In this document: positions 26,193 to 37,744 of the stretch, piece by piece | How positions within the stretch are numbered: the first letter of the stretch is position 1 | How the letters are laid out: the number at the start of each line of letters is the position of its first letter | Assembly (NCBI GenBank): GCA_012729475.1 | Contig: JAAYDB010000068.1 | Coordinates: 23,697-87,696 of the forward strand | DNA: 64,000 nt | Direction of reading: 5' to 3' | Source: Bacteroidota bacterium | Lineage (GTDB): Bacteria > Bacteroidota > Bacteroidia > Bacteroidales > VadinHA17 | Made by a program: the position numbers and the translations under genes | Notes under the pieces: generated by a model | Told to the model about the DNA's origin: nothing | The model's database searches: none | Seen by the model: only the letters and a program-made list of their open reading frames with translations

Positions 26193-26197
26193 TAATG

Positions 26198-27811
26198 TTA
26201 TTCCAGAATAATAGTTTTATCTTTTGGGTATCTTACTGAATATGTAAGTGTTATATTTTTTGTTTCCTTCGGCTGTATCTCAAGATCCCACTCGATTTCG
26301 CCTGTTTGCTTATTCAGATCCCCTCCTGATAACTCTGTTGCTTCCACACTTATTTCACTGTTTGAAGAGATTGGTATCTGATCGTATAAAGATACCTTTA
26401 CCGGTGCGGGTTTATTATTTCTTAAGGTTATAAGAAATGAGAATATTTCTGTTTTATTGGACCCAAGAATTCTGCGACTGGTATAATCTTTCTGTTTTTC
26501 TCTTTTTACGATTATCCCGTTGTCAGTGCCAAGTGAAACCATGAGTGTGTCACCAGGCTGATTCATGTCAAGCCGTGATTTGCCGACAAAACTGTTTTCA
26601 AAATAAAGAATGGCTTCTCCGCTTTGCATACCCTGCATATCCCATTCTGTGATGCCGGCAGTAAGATAGGCATGTGGTGATAGCTTGGGTATTGTAACAT
26701 ATTTATATTCAGCAGGTACAGAACTGCGATAGATCTCTACTGTTTGAATTTTCCCATCGGATGCAATGGAATAGGGTATAGCTACATCGAATGTAACAGA
26801 TGTTTCTCCCGTCTCTCTTCCAACAGTGAGAGGTACTGCTTCAAGCTGTCTCATTGCTGTATTATCTCTGGCATCCATCTCTGCACTTGCGATGGCACTG
26901 CTTTTTCTTGCCTCTGTACTTGTACCACGTAGCACCAGGCCAGGAGACGGCGGATTATAATAATCAATAAACCATGAATTCAATTCCGGCACATTCCCTG
27001 CGATCCAGGGACGTGCATTGGAAAAGCTCAGTTTCACATCTTTCCAGGAAAGTCCTGTGTTCTGATGTAGATTTGCCTTATAAATAATGTTTACAGGTTT
27101 GTCTGTATTTTCAACCCTTATATCGTATGAAGGATACCAACCTGTATTGCCAACAACATATGAAAAGGACATCCTTCCGGAAACAGTTCTGTCTGCACTC
27201 ACTGTAACAGTTATCTCTCCTGACGGTAACCGGCTCCTTTCAGTCCTTTCCGCAATCTGTTTCCTGAGAGCCGCAATTTGTTTTTCATAATCTTTTATCA
27301 ACCTGTTCTTCTTTAGGACAGTCATCGTTATCTCGTTCATGTTATTGGTATACAAATCCATGACACTTCTTAACTGCTCTATCGTGAATGTCGTCTCTTT
27401 CACAAGAATAGCCCTGTTGGCAACAAGAAAAGATTCTTTCTCTTTCAATACACTGATGGCAGCATTTTCTTCCTCCACTTTCAGAAGAAGGTTTTCAATC
27501 TGATCTCTGATACTCTTTATCTCAGGTAATTCTTCAAGATTCTCCAGATAATTGTTCTGATGATTAACCGATACGATGGTAAAATCTCCAAACCCTTTAA
27601 CCTGTATGCTCTGATCATCTATATAGGGAGAGAGACCGGTGAAACGCAAAACACTGTTGCCTGAAGGAATCTGTACAACAGTTTCGTGAAATAACTGTGC
27701 TCTGTCAGGATACACAGTGACATTCATGACAGGTGCTTTAATATCATTATTATTACCCGAGACAGGTATTATATACAAGACCAGAAGTATTATAAATATT
27801 ACTTGTTTCAT
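26198..27811 (-). CDS. DUF4139/DUF4140 (MuiA-like) domain protein, secreted
   Basis: Signal peptide MKQVIFIILLVLYIIPVSG from ATG 27811 (the track's TTG 27931 extension is not credible). VTVYPDRAQL... start, central coiled coil, and C-terminal WDLEIQPKETKNITLTYSVRYPKD resemble, from memory, the DUF4139 family. Confidence 0.65.
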   Translation of the reverse strand: MKQVIFIILLVLYIIPVSGNNNDIKAPVMNVTVYPDRAQLFHETVVQIPSGNSVLRFTGLSPYIDDQSIQVKGFGDFTIVSVNHQNNYLENLEELPEIKSIRDQIENLLLKVEEENAAISVLKEKESFLVANRAILVKETTFTIEQLRSVMDLYTNNMNEITMTVLKKNRLIKDYEKQIAALRKQIAERTERSRLPSGEITVTVSADRTVSGRMSFSYVVGNTGWYPSYDIRVENTDKPVNIIYKANLHQNTGLSWKDVKLSFSNARPWIAGNVPELNSWFIDYYNPPSPGLVLRGTSTEARKSSAIASAEMDARDNTAMRQLEAVPLTVGRETGETSVTFDVAIPYSIASDGKIQTVEIYRSSVPAEYKYVTIPKLSPHAYLTAGITEWDMQGMQSGEAILYFENSFVGKSRLDMNQPGDTLMVSLGTDNGIIVKREKQKDYTSRRILGSNKTEIFSFLITLRNNKPAPVKVSLYDQIPISSNSEISVEATELSGGDLNKQTGEIEWDLEIQPKETKNITLTYSVRYPKDKTIILE

Positions 27812-28147
27812 ATGCCTTAAAAAGTTAATGTCCGTTTCATAAGGATATTGTAAAATTTTAATTATAAAGTTAATGATTTTATCCGATGCGAAATCAATAA
27901 AGAGGAGAATCAGGAGGGGATGCTGCAACAATATTTTTTAATATGCTACATATCTGGTTGTTATAGTATTGAGCGTCCGGTTTTTCTTTCAGATTTAAAA
28001 AAAATATTGCATATTTGCCGGGAATTAATCCGGATAAACAGTTATAATAACAATCTGTCAGCCGGCAGACCCTGACAGGAGGGGAAAAGAACTTTTCAGT
28101 GATTGCGGACTGACTTTTTAACATGTTAACATCATAAAAACGTAAAG

Positions 28148-28765
28148 ATGGAAAATAAGCTTCAGGAACTAACGGATAAAATATACCAGGAGGGTATAAC
28201 CAGGGGGAAACAGAAGGCAGAAAGCATAATTTCAGCAGCAGGGGAGGAAGCTGACAAAATAATAAAATCGGCTGAAGCAAAGGCTGAAGAGATTATTTCC
28301 AATGCAAAAAGAGAATCTGAGGAGTTAAAGAAGAATACTCTGTCGGAATTGAGAATTTCTTTCCGTAATGCAATGAATGGACTAAGGCAGGATATTGAAA
28401 ATATGATTACCGGAAAGGTGGTTGATGAGCCTGTAAAGGATGCTTTATCGGATGCCTCTTTTATCTCCAGACTGATTGAAGATGTAACATCAAAGCTTTT
28501 TACTGAAACAAATAATTCAGGAGCTGACGTGAATGTTCCTGAAGAGATGAAAGAGAAAATAGAACAATATTTAAGGGAGAAAACGAATAAATCTCTTTCA
28601 TCGGGTCTTGTGCTGATTCCTGATAGAACAATGGAGAAAGGCTTTGAGATAATCCCTCATGGCAAAGACTATAAAGTAAGGGTTACAGAGCAAGATCTGA
28701 AGATCTATATCCGGGATTTTCTGAGATCCAGATTGGCAGATCTGCTATTTGAAGAAGATAAATGA
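28148..28765 (+). CDS. V-type ATP synthase subunit E
   Basis: 205 aa. Long charged N-terminal helix (KIYQEGITRGKQKAESIISAAGEEADKIIKSAEAKAEEIISNAKRESEELKK) and a globular C-terminus. First gene of the V-ATPase operon. Confidence 0.75.
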   Translation: MENKLQELTDKIYQEGITRGKQKAESIISAAGEEADKIIKSAEAKAEEIISNAKRESEELKKNTLSELRISFRNAMNGLRQDIENMITGKVVDEPVKDALSDASFISRLIEDVTSKLFTETNNSGADVNVPEEMKEKIEQYLREKTNKSLSSGLVLIPDRTMEKGFEIIPHGKDYKVRVTEQDLKIYIRDFLRSRLADLLFEEDK

Positions 28766-29622
28766 TGGCAAAACGGCGTTATTATTATTTCGTTTCAGGT
28801 CTGGCAGATCTCCTGTTCGATAGTGGGGGTAATCTGCCGGATATGGCTGAATTCAGGTTAGAATTGAAGAATAATCTTCATCCGGATGATTATTACCTTT
28901 CTTCAATTTTATTTCTTCCATATGATAACAGAAATTTAATCTCTTTTCTTGAAGGGAATGAAGATCACTGGGAAGAATTGGGAAATTACTCACGCGACAC
29001 TTTTGAGGAATATGTAAGGTTTTTGGAGCCTGTAATTCAGGAAAATGATAAGCTTCCTGATTATATGGTAAAGGTTATCAGTGAAAATTCCCGTTCTGAG
29101 GAAGGGCTTGATGTTATGAAGGTCAGAAAGTTACTTTATGAGGGATATGTGAAAATGGCTTTTGATTCGGGGAACAGATTTCTGAAAGAGTGGGTGGTAT
29201 TTGAAACTGATCTTAAAAATATTTTTTCCTTCCTTAATGCCAAATCGCTTGACATTGACCCTGAGCCTCATATGATAGGAGATAATTCATTTACAGAAGA
29301 GCTTCTGGAGTTGTTCAGGTCCGGGAAGGATTTTTCAATGTCTTTCGAATCAGAATATGCTTCAGCAATTTTTAAAATTGCCATGGAAAATGAATTTATT
29401 GAAAGGGAGAAACGGATAGATCTGTTCAGATGGAATTACATTGATTCGATTACATTCTTTGAATACTTTTCAATAGATATGATACTTGGTTATCTGATAA
29501 AATACTCTATTGTCCGAAGATGGTTGGGCATGGATCCTGAGACCGGAAGGAATATGCTTCAGCATTTTATAAAGGATACAGAATCAAGGATAATATCGGG
29601 GACAGTAAAGAGTAATGATTAA
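28762..29622 (+). CDS. DUF2764-type protein, presumed V-ATPase subunit C/d equivalent
   Basis: 286 aa, overlaps the subunit E stop (ATGA). Sits between E and A, as I remember for Bacteroidota V-ATPase operons. No catalytic motif to verify. Confidence 0.55.
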   Translation: MMAKRRYYYFVSGLADLLFDSGGNLPDMAEFRLELKNNLHPDDYYLSSILFLPYDNRNLISFLEGNEDHWEELGNYSRDTFEEYVRFLEPVIQENDKLPDYMVKVISENSRSEEGLDVMKVRKLLYEGYVKMAFDSGNRFLKEWVVFETDLKNIFSFLNAKSLDIDPEPHMIGDNSFTEELLELFRSGKDFSMSFESEYASAIFKIAMENEFIEREKRIDLFRWNYIDSITFFEYFSIDMILGYLIKYSIVRRWLGMDPETGRNMLQHFIKDTESRIISGTVKSND

Positions 29623-29670
29623 AGGATAAGGTGACAGTGAACAGATAATAGAAAGAAAAACAATTTATAT

Positions 29671-31428
29671 ATGCCGACAACAGGAATAGTTAAGGGGATA
29701 ATATCGAATCTGGTGATTGTTGAAGCAGATGGTCCGGTAGCTCAGAATGAGATCTGTATGATTGACCTGAGCGGAACGGAATTAATGGCTGAGGTGATTA
29801 AAGTTCAGAATAACCAGGCTTTTGCTCAGGTTTTTGAAAGCACCAGAGGGTTAAAGGTAGGAACCGGAGTGCACTTCACAGGGAATATGCTGGAAGCCAC
29901 TCTCGGTCCGGGTATTCTTTCAAGGAATTATGACGGACTTCAGAATGATCTTGACAGGCTGGACGGTGTTTTTCTCAGGAAGGGGGATCGTAATTTCCCT
30001 CTTGATGAAAAAGCTGAATGGAGTTTTAAACCTCTCGCCGGTAACGGTGATGAAGTTGTTGCGGGGTCATGGCTGGGAGAGGTGACAGAAAACTGGATAC
30101 CTCATAAGGTAATGGTTCCGTTCAAATTATCAGGGAATTATACAGTTAAATGGATTGCTCCTTCAGGCGATTATACAATCAGGGAAGTGATAGCTGTCCT
30201 TACTGACACAAACGGAAATGAGACAGAGGTAACAATGTACCAGAAGTGGCCTGTAAAATTGCCAGTCAGGGCATACAAAAACAAAACCAGACCTTTCAGG
30301 ATCATGGAAACAGGCATAAGAGTTATCGACACCTTAAACCCTATGGCTGAAGGTGGTACTGGTTTTATTCCCGGTCCCTTCGGATGCGGTAAAACTGTAC
30401 TTCAGCATGCTCTCTCAAGGCAGGCAGAGGCAGATATGGTTATTGTAGCGGCCTGTGGAGAAAGGGCTAATGAAGTAGTGGAAATATTCACTGAGTTTCC
30501 GGAACTTATTGATGCACGTACAGGAAGAAAGCTCATTGAACGTACTACTATTATAGCCAATACCTCAAATATGCCGGTGGCTGCCCGTGAAGCATCTGTT
30601 TATACAGCTATGACTATAGCTGAGTATTATCGTTCTATGGGATTGAAAATATTATTACTGGCTGACTCAACATCCAGGTGGGCTCAGGCACTGCGTGAGA
30701 TGTCGAACCGCATGGAAGAGCTGCCGGGACCAGATGCTTTTCCTATGGATCTGCCAGCTATTATATCAAATTATTATTCCAGGGCAGGATTTGTTGAGCT
30801 CAGTAATGGAAAAACAGGTTCCATAACCTTTATCGGAACAGTATCGCCTGCAGGTGGTAATTTAAAGGAACCCGTCACCGAATCAACAAAGAAAACGGCA
30901 CGTTGCTTCTATGCACTCTCACAGCAACGATCCGACTCAAAAAGATATCCGGCTATCGATCCTATTGACAGCTATTCGAAATATCTTGAATACGAAGAAG
31001 TACAAAACTATATTTCTGAGAATATTTCAAACGACTGGGTGGATAAGGTGGTAAAAGTGAGAGATGTACTTATAAAAGGACGGGAAGCCCAGGAACAGAT
31101 AAATATACTTGGAGATGACGGAGTGCCCGTTGAATATCATGTAAGATTCTGGAAATCAGAGGTTATCGATTTTATTATTCTACAACAGGATGCATTCGAC
31201 CCGGTTGACAGACTAACACCTCTGAAAAGACAAGAATATATGATAAATAAACTGTTGGAGGTTATTGATTCAGATATGCATTTTGACTCTTTTGAAGATG
31301 TATCTTCGTGGTTTAAAAAACTGATCAACCTTTTTAAACAAATGAATTATTCCGATTTTAAATCGAAGGAATTCAGTAGTTATGAAAATGAAGTTGATGA
31401 GATGTTAATTGAAATAGTTAAGACATGA
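29671..31428 (+). CDS. V-type ATP synthase catalytic subunit A
   Basis: 585 aa. Walker A GPFGCGKTV, ERANEV, Walker B-like ILLLADSTSRWA. Confidence 0.95.
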   Translation: MPTTGIVKGIISNLVIVEADGPVAQNEICMIDLSGTELMAEVIKVQNNQAFAQVFESTRGLKVGTGVHFTGNMLEATLGPGILSRNYDGLQNDLDRLDGVFLRKGDRNFPLDEKAEWSFKPLAGNGDEVVAGSWLGEVTENWIPHKVMVPFKLSGNYTVKWIAPSGDYTIREVIAVLTDTNGNETEVTMYQKWPVKLPVRAYKNKTRPFRIMETGIRVIDTLNPMAEGGTGFIPGPFGCGKTVLQHALSRQAEADMVIVAACGERANEVVEIFTEFPELIDARTGRKLIERTTIIANTSNMPVAAREASVYTAMTIAEYYRSMGLKILLLADSTSRWAQALREMSNRMEELPGPDAFPMDLPAIISNYYSRAGFVELSNGKTGSITFIGTVSPAGGNLKEPVTESTKKTARCFYALSQQRSDSKRYPAIDPIDSYSKYLEYEEVQNYISENISNDWVDKVVKVRDVLIKGREAQEQINILGDDGVPVEYHVRFWKSEVIDFIILQQDAFDPVDRLTPLKRQEYMINKLLEVIDSDMHFDSFEDVSSWFKKLINLFKQMNYSDFKSKEFSSYENEVDEMLIEIVKT

Positions 31429-32759
31429 GCGAAAAAATTGCCTTTCAAAAGATATATACAAGGCTGACAAAAATAACGAAGGCTACTTGTTCAGTTAAAG
31501 CCAGTGGTATTGGATATGATGAACTGGCAATTGTCCACGGGCGTCTTGCACAGGTAGTAAAAATCATGGGAGATGAGGTTATCCTCCAGGTTTTTTCAGG
31601 AACTGAAGGATTGCCGAATAATGCTGAACTGGTTTTTCTGGGGAAAGCTCCTTCACTCAGAGTTGACGATGATCTGGCAGGCAGGTTTCTGAATGCTTAT
31701 GGTGAACCTATTGATGACGGACCAGCTCTCAGAGGGAAAGAGATAGAGATTGGAGGTCCCTCCGTTAATCCGGTAAGACGTAAACAACCCTCGCATCTGA
31801 TAGCAACAGGAATAGCAGGTATTGACCTGAATAATACTCTCGTCACAGGCCAGAAAATTCCTTTCTTTGCCGATCCCGATCAGCCCTATAACCAGGTTAT
31901 GGCTACTGTAGCCCTGAGAGCCAAGGCCGATAAAATAATTCTTGGCGGGATGGGATTATCAAATGATGACTATCTATATTACAGAAATGTTTTTGAGAAT
32001 GCAGGAGCTCTCGAAAAAATTATCGCCTTTATTAATACAACGGAAGATCCTCCTGTTGAAAGACTTCTTGTCCCTGATATGGCCCTTACTGCAGCTGAGT
32101 ATTTCGCAGTCGAAAAAAAACAGACAGTTCTCGTCCTGCTTACTGATATGACCCTCTTTGCCGATGCCCTTTCAATAGTATCCAACAGGATGGATCAGAT
32201 ACCTTCAAAAGATAATATGCCGGGATCACTATACAGCGACCTGGCAAAAATATATGAGAAAGCTGTTCAGTTTCCGGAAGGAGGATCAATAACAATCATT
32301 GCTGTCACCACCCTTTCAGGAGGAGATATTACCCATGCCATACCGGATAATACCGGTTATATTACTGAAGGACAGCTTTTCCTCCGGCGTGATGCTGAAA
32401 TAGGAAAAGTAATAGTAGACCCGTTCAGATCCCTGTCAAGGCTTAAACAGCTGGTTATTGGTAAGCAGACAAGAGAAGACCATCACCAGGTAATGAACAG
32501 TTCTATAAGACTATATGCAGATGCTGCAAATGCAAAAACAAAGCATGAAAACGGTTTCGACCTCTCCGATTACGACAAAAGGGCCCTTAGCTTTGCAAAA
32601 GATTATTCCGAAAAACTGCTGGCAATAGATATAAATATCGATATTACAACTATGCTGGACACAGGATGGGATCTTTTTGCCAACTATTTTTCGCCGGCAG
32701 AGATTGGAATAAAAGAAGAATTTGTTAATAAATACTGGCCTGGCAGAAAAGAAAACTAA
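31425..32759 (+). CDS. V-type ATP synthase subunit B
   Basis: 444 aa, overlaps the A stop by 4 nt. A/B-family core (VLVLLTDMTLFADAL, GSITIIAVTTLSGGDITHAIPDNTGYITEGQL) without an intact P-loop, as expected for the regulatory subunit. Confidence 0.9.
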   Translation: MSEKIAFQKIYTRLTKITKATCSVKASGIGYDELAIVHGRLAQVVKIMGDEVILQVFSGTEGLPNNAELVFLGKAPSLRVDDDLAGRFLNAYGEPIDDGPALRGKEIEIGGPSVNPVRRKQPSHLIATGIAGIDLNNTLVTGQKIPFFADPDQPYNQVMATVALRAKADKIILGGMGLSNDDYLYYRNVFENAGALEKIIAFINTTEDPPVERLLVPDMALTAAEYFAVEKKQTVLVLLTDMTLFADALSIVSNRMDQIPSKDNMPGSLYSDLAKIYEKAVQFPEGGSITIIAVTTLSGGDITHAIPDNTGYITEGQLFLRRDAEIGKVIVDPFRSLSRLKQLVIGKQTREDHHQVMNSSIRLYADAANAKTKHENGFDLSDYDKRALSFAKDYSEKLLAIDINIDITTMLDTGWDLFANYFSPAEIGIKEEFVNKYWPGRKEN

Positions 32760-32767
32760 TATACAGT

Positions 32768-33376
32768 ATGGCTATCAGGTTTCAATATAATAAAACATCT
32801 CTCCAGAGTCTTGCCAAACAGTTAAAGATAAGAACTCAGGCACTTCCTATACTTAAAAATAAAGAATCAGCCCTGAGGATAGAGGTTAAAAAAGCCAGAA
32901 ATGTTGCAGAAAAATATGAAAAGGAACTGAAAGATATTCAAAACCGCTACGACGAAGGAGCAAGATTATGGGCAGAATTTGATCCTGAAATACTCCAAAT
33001 CAAAGATATCGATATAAAATATATTAAGATAGCAGGGATCAATATTCCCGAATTCAGGGACATTTCTTTTTCCATAAAGGAATTCAGTCTATTTGATAAT
33101 CCTAACTGGTTCCCTGAAGGAATTATGATCCTTAAGGACCTTTATACTGTTCTTGTAAAAAAAGACCTGGCAATAAGAAAAATGGGATTGCTCGACTTTG
33201 CACGGAAGAAAACAACCCAGAAAGTTAATCTGTACGAGAAAGTTCAGATCCCGGGTTATGAGGAGGCAATAAGAAGAATAAAAAGCTTCCTTGAAGATGA
33301 AGAAAACCTTCTTAAGTCGGCACAGAAAATTATTAAGTCAAGACAGCAAATGACTGAAATAAATACGGACGAATGA
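32768..33376 (+). CDS. V-type ATP synthase subunit D
   Basis: 202 aa. Long N- and C-terminal coiled-coil helices (NKTSLQSLAKQLKIRTQALPILKNKESALRIEVKK...). Position after B. Confidence 0.8.
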   Translation: MAIRFQYNKTSLQSLAKQLKIRTQALPILKNKESALRIEVKKARNVAEKYEKELKDIQNRYDEGARLWAEFDPEILQIKDIDIKYIKIAGINIPEFRDISFSIKEFSLFDNPNWFPEGIMILKDLYTVLVKKDLAIRKMGLLDFARKKTTQKVNLYEKVQIPGYEEAIRRIKSFLEDEENLLKSAQKIIKSRQQMTEINTDE

Positions 33377-35379
33377 TAACTGAAGTAAAAAAATATACCT
33401 TCATCGTTCATCACAGTGATTATTCATCATTGTTGGATTCACTACGTGATCTGGGTGTTGTACACATCGTTGAAAAGAGAAAACTCGATGAGAACAGCCC
33501 TGTGGGGGATGACATGAAGGCTCTGAATAAATACAGGGAAGCCATACGGAAACTGCCTGCCCTGGCGCCTGATATTTCTTCAGAAGATAAACCAGCTGAT
33601 CTGTCTGATCCGCGCGATGCATTAAATGAATTCCGGGAATTGCTTATAGAAATTGAAAATGCCAGACATCAGATTGAGATTCTTAATCCGGAAGCCGTAA
33701 AAGCCCTGCCATGGGGAGACTTTGATAAAAAAACGATTAGCAAACTTAAAGAGGCGGGATGGCGTGTCAGACTATATACCTGTTCTGAAAAGAAATTTGA
33801 CCCAAAATGGGAAGAATCATATCATGTTGAATTAATCAGCAAAAGTAAAGGCCGCTTGTATTTTGCATTAGTTCACAAGGATGAGACAGAACCTGATATA
33901 AAGGCCGATGAAGTAGACATCCCCGAACGTACAATCAGCACAATAAATGCTCAAAAGGAGGAGAATGAAAATAGAATCAGGGAAGCGGAATCAGTGATAA
34001 AACAAAAAGCCCCTGTGTGGAAAGCCTCATTGAACAAGGGTGTTGAAGAGACAATGTCACGGCTGGAATATTTTGAAGCTGCTGAACAGGCAGACAAGTA
34101 TGCTGAGGGTAATTTGTATGTGCTTGAAGGATGGATACCTGTTTCTGAAGAACAGAGATTACAGATACTGCTTGGTAAATCTGATTGTTATTCTTTTGTT
34201 TCTGAACCTGAACCCGGAGAAAAAATACCTGTTATCTTAAAAAACAGTAGATTTGCCACTCTATTTGAACCAATAACGAAACTTTTTTCTTTACCCGAAT
34301 ACAGGGAACTGGACCTTACCCCATTTTTCGCTCCGTTTTTTATGTTGTTTTTCGGATTCTGTCTCGGCGATGCAGGTTATGGACTTATTTTTATTCTGGC
34401 AGGTTTCATCGTCAAAAGAAAGGTTGACAAGAAGTACAAACCAGTAATTACACTGGCTCAATACTTTGGGGTTGCTGCCCTGATTATGGGGCTCGTGTCA
34501 GGGTCTTTCTTCGGAATAAATCTTATCGACAGCGGTTATACAATTACAGAACAATCCGTCCGGTATATGAATAATGCAGGTATACCGGATAATACTGTTT
34601 CTATGATTGATCAGGCCAAAGGGATACACTTCGAAAGCCGGAAAAGCTTTTCGGATGGCATAATTCAGATTGTAGGAGACGATAATTTCAATAAACATAA
34701 AAGATTAATACTTAGAAGTGCCGAATCGGATATCCCCTTCCTGAATACTTTCCGACACCTGATGCTCGATTCATTGAATTTATTTTACCTGTCTATGATA
34801 CTTGGAGCTCTCCAGATTATTTTCGGCATGATCCTTAAAGTGGTGAATATAAGTAAACAAAAAGGTTTCAGGTACAGTCTCTCTACAGTAGGATGGATTG
34901 TGTTGATCTTAACAATTAGTGTCTTTCAGGGTGGCAAAATGCTGGACCTTGTTAATATAGAAAACCTAAGACTACTTTATACTAGTCTTATTGTTATAGC
35001 CGTGGGTCTTATTTTTCTCTTTAATAATCCGAACAAGAATATTTTTATAAAGCTTGGTCTTGCACTGTGGGATTCTTATGGGATAATAACAGGTGTTTTT
35101 GGCGATCTCCTGTCATATATCAGACTATTTGCACTGGGTATCTCATCATCAATACTCGGATTTGTTTTCAATGAAATATCAGCACAATTATTATCTGTGA
35201 AATATGTAGGATGGCTGTTTTTCATTATAGTCCTGTTAATAGGCCATTCATTAAATATTGCCATAGCAACTCTTGGAAGTTTTGTCCATCCTATGAGATT
35301 AACTTTTGTGGAATTTTATAAAAATGCCGGCTTTTCCGGTGGGGGAATAGAATATAAACCGTTTAAAATAAAAAAGTAA
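33373..35379 (+). CDS. V-type ATP synthase subunit I (a-subunit, stator/ion channel)
   Basis: 668 aa. A soluble N-terminal half followed by about 7-8 TM helices. The conserved Arg-containing penultimate helix region is LSYIRLFALGISS. Confidence 0.85.
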   Translation: MITEVKKYTFIVHHSDYSSLLDSLRDLGVVHIVEKRKLDENSPVGDDMKALNKYREAIRKLPALAPDISSEDKPADLSDPRDALNEFRELLIEIENARHQIEILNPEAVKALPWGDFDKKTISKLKEAGWRVRLYTCSEKKFDPKWEESYHVELISKSKGRLYFALVHKDETEPDIKADEVDIPERTISTINAQKEENENRIREAESVIKQKAPVWKASLNKGVEETMSRLEYFEAAEQADKYAEGNLYVLEGWIPVSEEQRLQILLGKSDCYSFVSEPEPGEKIPVILKNSRFATLFEPITKLFSLPEYRELDLTPFFAPFFMLFFGFCLGDAGYGLIFILAGFIVKRKVDKKYKPVITLAQYFGVAALIMGLVSGSFFGINLIDSGYTITEQSVRYMNNAGIPDNTVSMIDQAKGIHFESRKSFSDGIIQIVGDDNFNKHKRLILRSAESDIPFLNTFRHLMLDSLNLFYLSMILGALQIIFGMILKVVNISKQKGFRYSLSTVGWIVLILTISVFQGGKMLDLVNIENLRLLYTSLIVIAVGLIFLFNNPNKNIFIKLGLALWDSYGIITGVFGDLLSYIRLFALGISSSILGFVFNEISAQLLSVKYVGWLFFIIVLLIGHSLNIAIATLGSFVHPMRLTFVEFYKNAGFSGGGIEYKPFKIKK

Positions 35380-35883
<504 letters not shown>

Positions 35884-36205
35884 AAGATCCTCTCCTCAGG
35901 GAGGAACCGGATATAATACTAAGTAACATATAATTAATTGGTTGTTGCTGCCAGAGATTCAACTCATTGAAAAATTAACTGTTCCGGGCTTCATGATAAA
36001 AGCCGGCAGCCGGACTTAATCCAGGCAAAAAAGGGAAATGTTTTCAGAAAAATACAATTTCTATTAATTAAATAGTCCCTGTTGTAATTAATAACATCAG
36101 CTTTTTTTTATTTTTACAGTCTTTATTTAGATTAAATATGAACAACCAGGCTTATTTCTGGTTATTATATTGTGGGAAATCCTGTAATTATATATAGGAA
36201 TATAA

Positions 36206-37657
36206 ATGGAAAATGATCAGGACAAGATAATAAACAATGTAACATCAGGAGAATATAAGTACGGTTTTCATTCTGATATTGAGATTGATAGTATTCCGAA
36301 AGGTTTGAATGAAGATGTAATAAGGAATATTTCACTCAGAAAGGAAGAGCCTGAATGGCTTTTAGAGTACCGTTTAGAGGCTTTTCGTCACTGGCAGACA
36401 ATGACTATTCCGCAATGGGCAAACCTTAAAATCCCTGATATTGATTTTCAGGATATTATCTATTATGCTGCACCCAAAAAAAAACAAGGAGGCAGCCAGC
36501 ATGCCAACAGTATAGATCCTGAGCTTAAGAAGACATTTGAAAAGCTGGGAATACCCCTTGAAGAACAAAATCATCTGGCAGGTGTGGCAGTTGATGCCGT
36601 AATGGATTCGGTTTCTGTTAAAACAACTTTTAAAGAGATACTGGCTGAAGAAGGGATTATTTTTTCTTCGTTCAGTGATGCCGTAAAAGAATACCCTGAC
36701 CTGGTCAGGAGATACCTTGGCACTGTGGTCCCCCATACAGATAACTTCTTCGCAGCATTGAATTCTGCTGTGTTCAGTGACGGCTCATTCTGTTATATCC
36801 CTAAGGGAGTCAGGTGCCCGATGGAACTGTCAACATATTTCAGAATTAATGCTGCCAATACCGGACAATTTGAAAGAACCCTGCTTATTGCTGATGAAGA
36901 ATCGTATGTGAGTTATCTGGAAGGATGTACTGCACCCATGCGTGACGAGAACCAGCTCCATGCTGCTATAGTGGAGATCATCGTAGAGAACAATGCCGAG
37001 GTTAAATATTCAACTGTCCAGAACTGGTATCCGGGAGACAAAGAGGGCAAGGGCGGGATCTTTAATTTTGTCACAAAAAGAGGTTTATGCCGGGGAGAGA
37101 ATTCAAAGATTTCCTGGACTCAGGTGGAAACAGGATCATCAATAACATGGAAATATCCGTCATGCATTTTAAAAGGAGATAATTCAACTGGCGAATTTTA
37201 TTCAGTAGCTGTTACGAATAATTACCAGCAGGCAGATACCGGTACCAAAATGATCCACATAGGAAGAAACACGAAGAGCACAATAGTGTCGAAGGGTATT
37301 TCAGCTGGTCATGCACAGAATAGTTACAGGGGGCTTGTCAGGGTTCTTAAAAAGGCCTCTGGTTCCAGGAATTTCTCACAATGTGATTCCCTCTTATTGG
37401 GAGATAAATGCGGAGCTCATACTTTCCCTTATATTGAGGTGGATAATCAGACCTCAATTGTAGAGCATGAAGCAACTACCTCGAAGATTGGAGAAGATCA
37501 GATCTTCTATTGCAATCAGAGAGGTATATCTACAGAAGATGCTATAGGCCTGATTGTAAATGGTTATGCCAGAGAAATACTGAATAAACTGCCAATGGAA
37601 TTTGCTGTAGAAGCTCAGAAACTTCTTCAGATAAGCCTTGAAGGAAGCGTAGGTTAG
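36206..37657 (+). CDS. sufB: Fe-S cluster assembly scaffold protein SufB
   Basis: 483 aa. [10 protein letters not shown]-terminal motif, beta-helix core, C-terminal [24 protein letters not shown]. Confidence 0.93.
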   Translation: MENDQDKIINNVTSGEYKYGFHSDIEIDSIPKGLNEDVIRNISLRKEEPEWLLEYRLEAFRHWQTMTIPQWANLKIPDIDFQDIIYYAAPKKKQGGSQHANSIDPELKKTFEKLGIPLEEQNHLAGVAVDAVMDSVSVKTTFKEILAEEGIIFSSFSDAVKEYPDLVRRYLGTVVPHTDNFFAALNSAVFSDGSFCYIPKGVRCPMELSTYFRINAANTGQFERTLLIADEESYVSYLEGCTAPMRDENQLHAAIVEIIVENNAEVKYSTVQNWYPGDKEGKGGIFNFVTKRGLCRGENSKISWTQVETGSSITWKYPSCILKGDNSTGEFYSVAVTNNYQQADTGTKMIHIGRNTKSTIVSKGISAGHAQNSYRGLVRVLKKASGSRNFSQCDSLLLGDKCGAHTFPYIEVDNQTSIVEHEATTSKIGEDQIFYCNQRGISTEDAIGLIVNGYAREILNKLPMEFAVEAQKLLQISLEGSVG

Positions 37658-37744
37658 AATGAAAATGGTAAATGACTGTATATATAATTTTTTAAGTCAT
37701 CCATAAACAGAGCTATGTAAATATAAATGTAATCGAAAAATATT

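Noticed and set aside
27812-28280. TTG-initiated 40-codon extension of the DUF4139 ORF, plus the 128-aa minus-strand ORF 27894..28280
   Set aside because: The extension is non-ATG and lies upstream of a clean signal peptide at ATG 27811. The 128-aa ORF overlaps the start of the well-supported V-ATPase subunit E gene on the opposite strand and has Pro/Leu-rich shadow-ORF composition.
36158-36173. Sigma-54-like string CTGGTTATTATATTGT upstream of sufB
   Set aside because: It has the GG but lacks the CAC of the -24 box and has TTGT instead of TTGC at -12. Too degenerate in AT-rich DNA.
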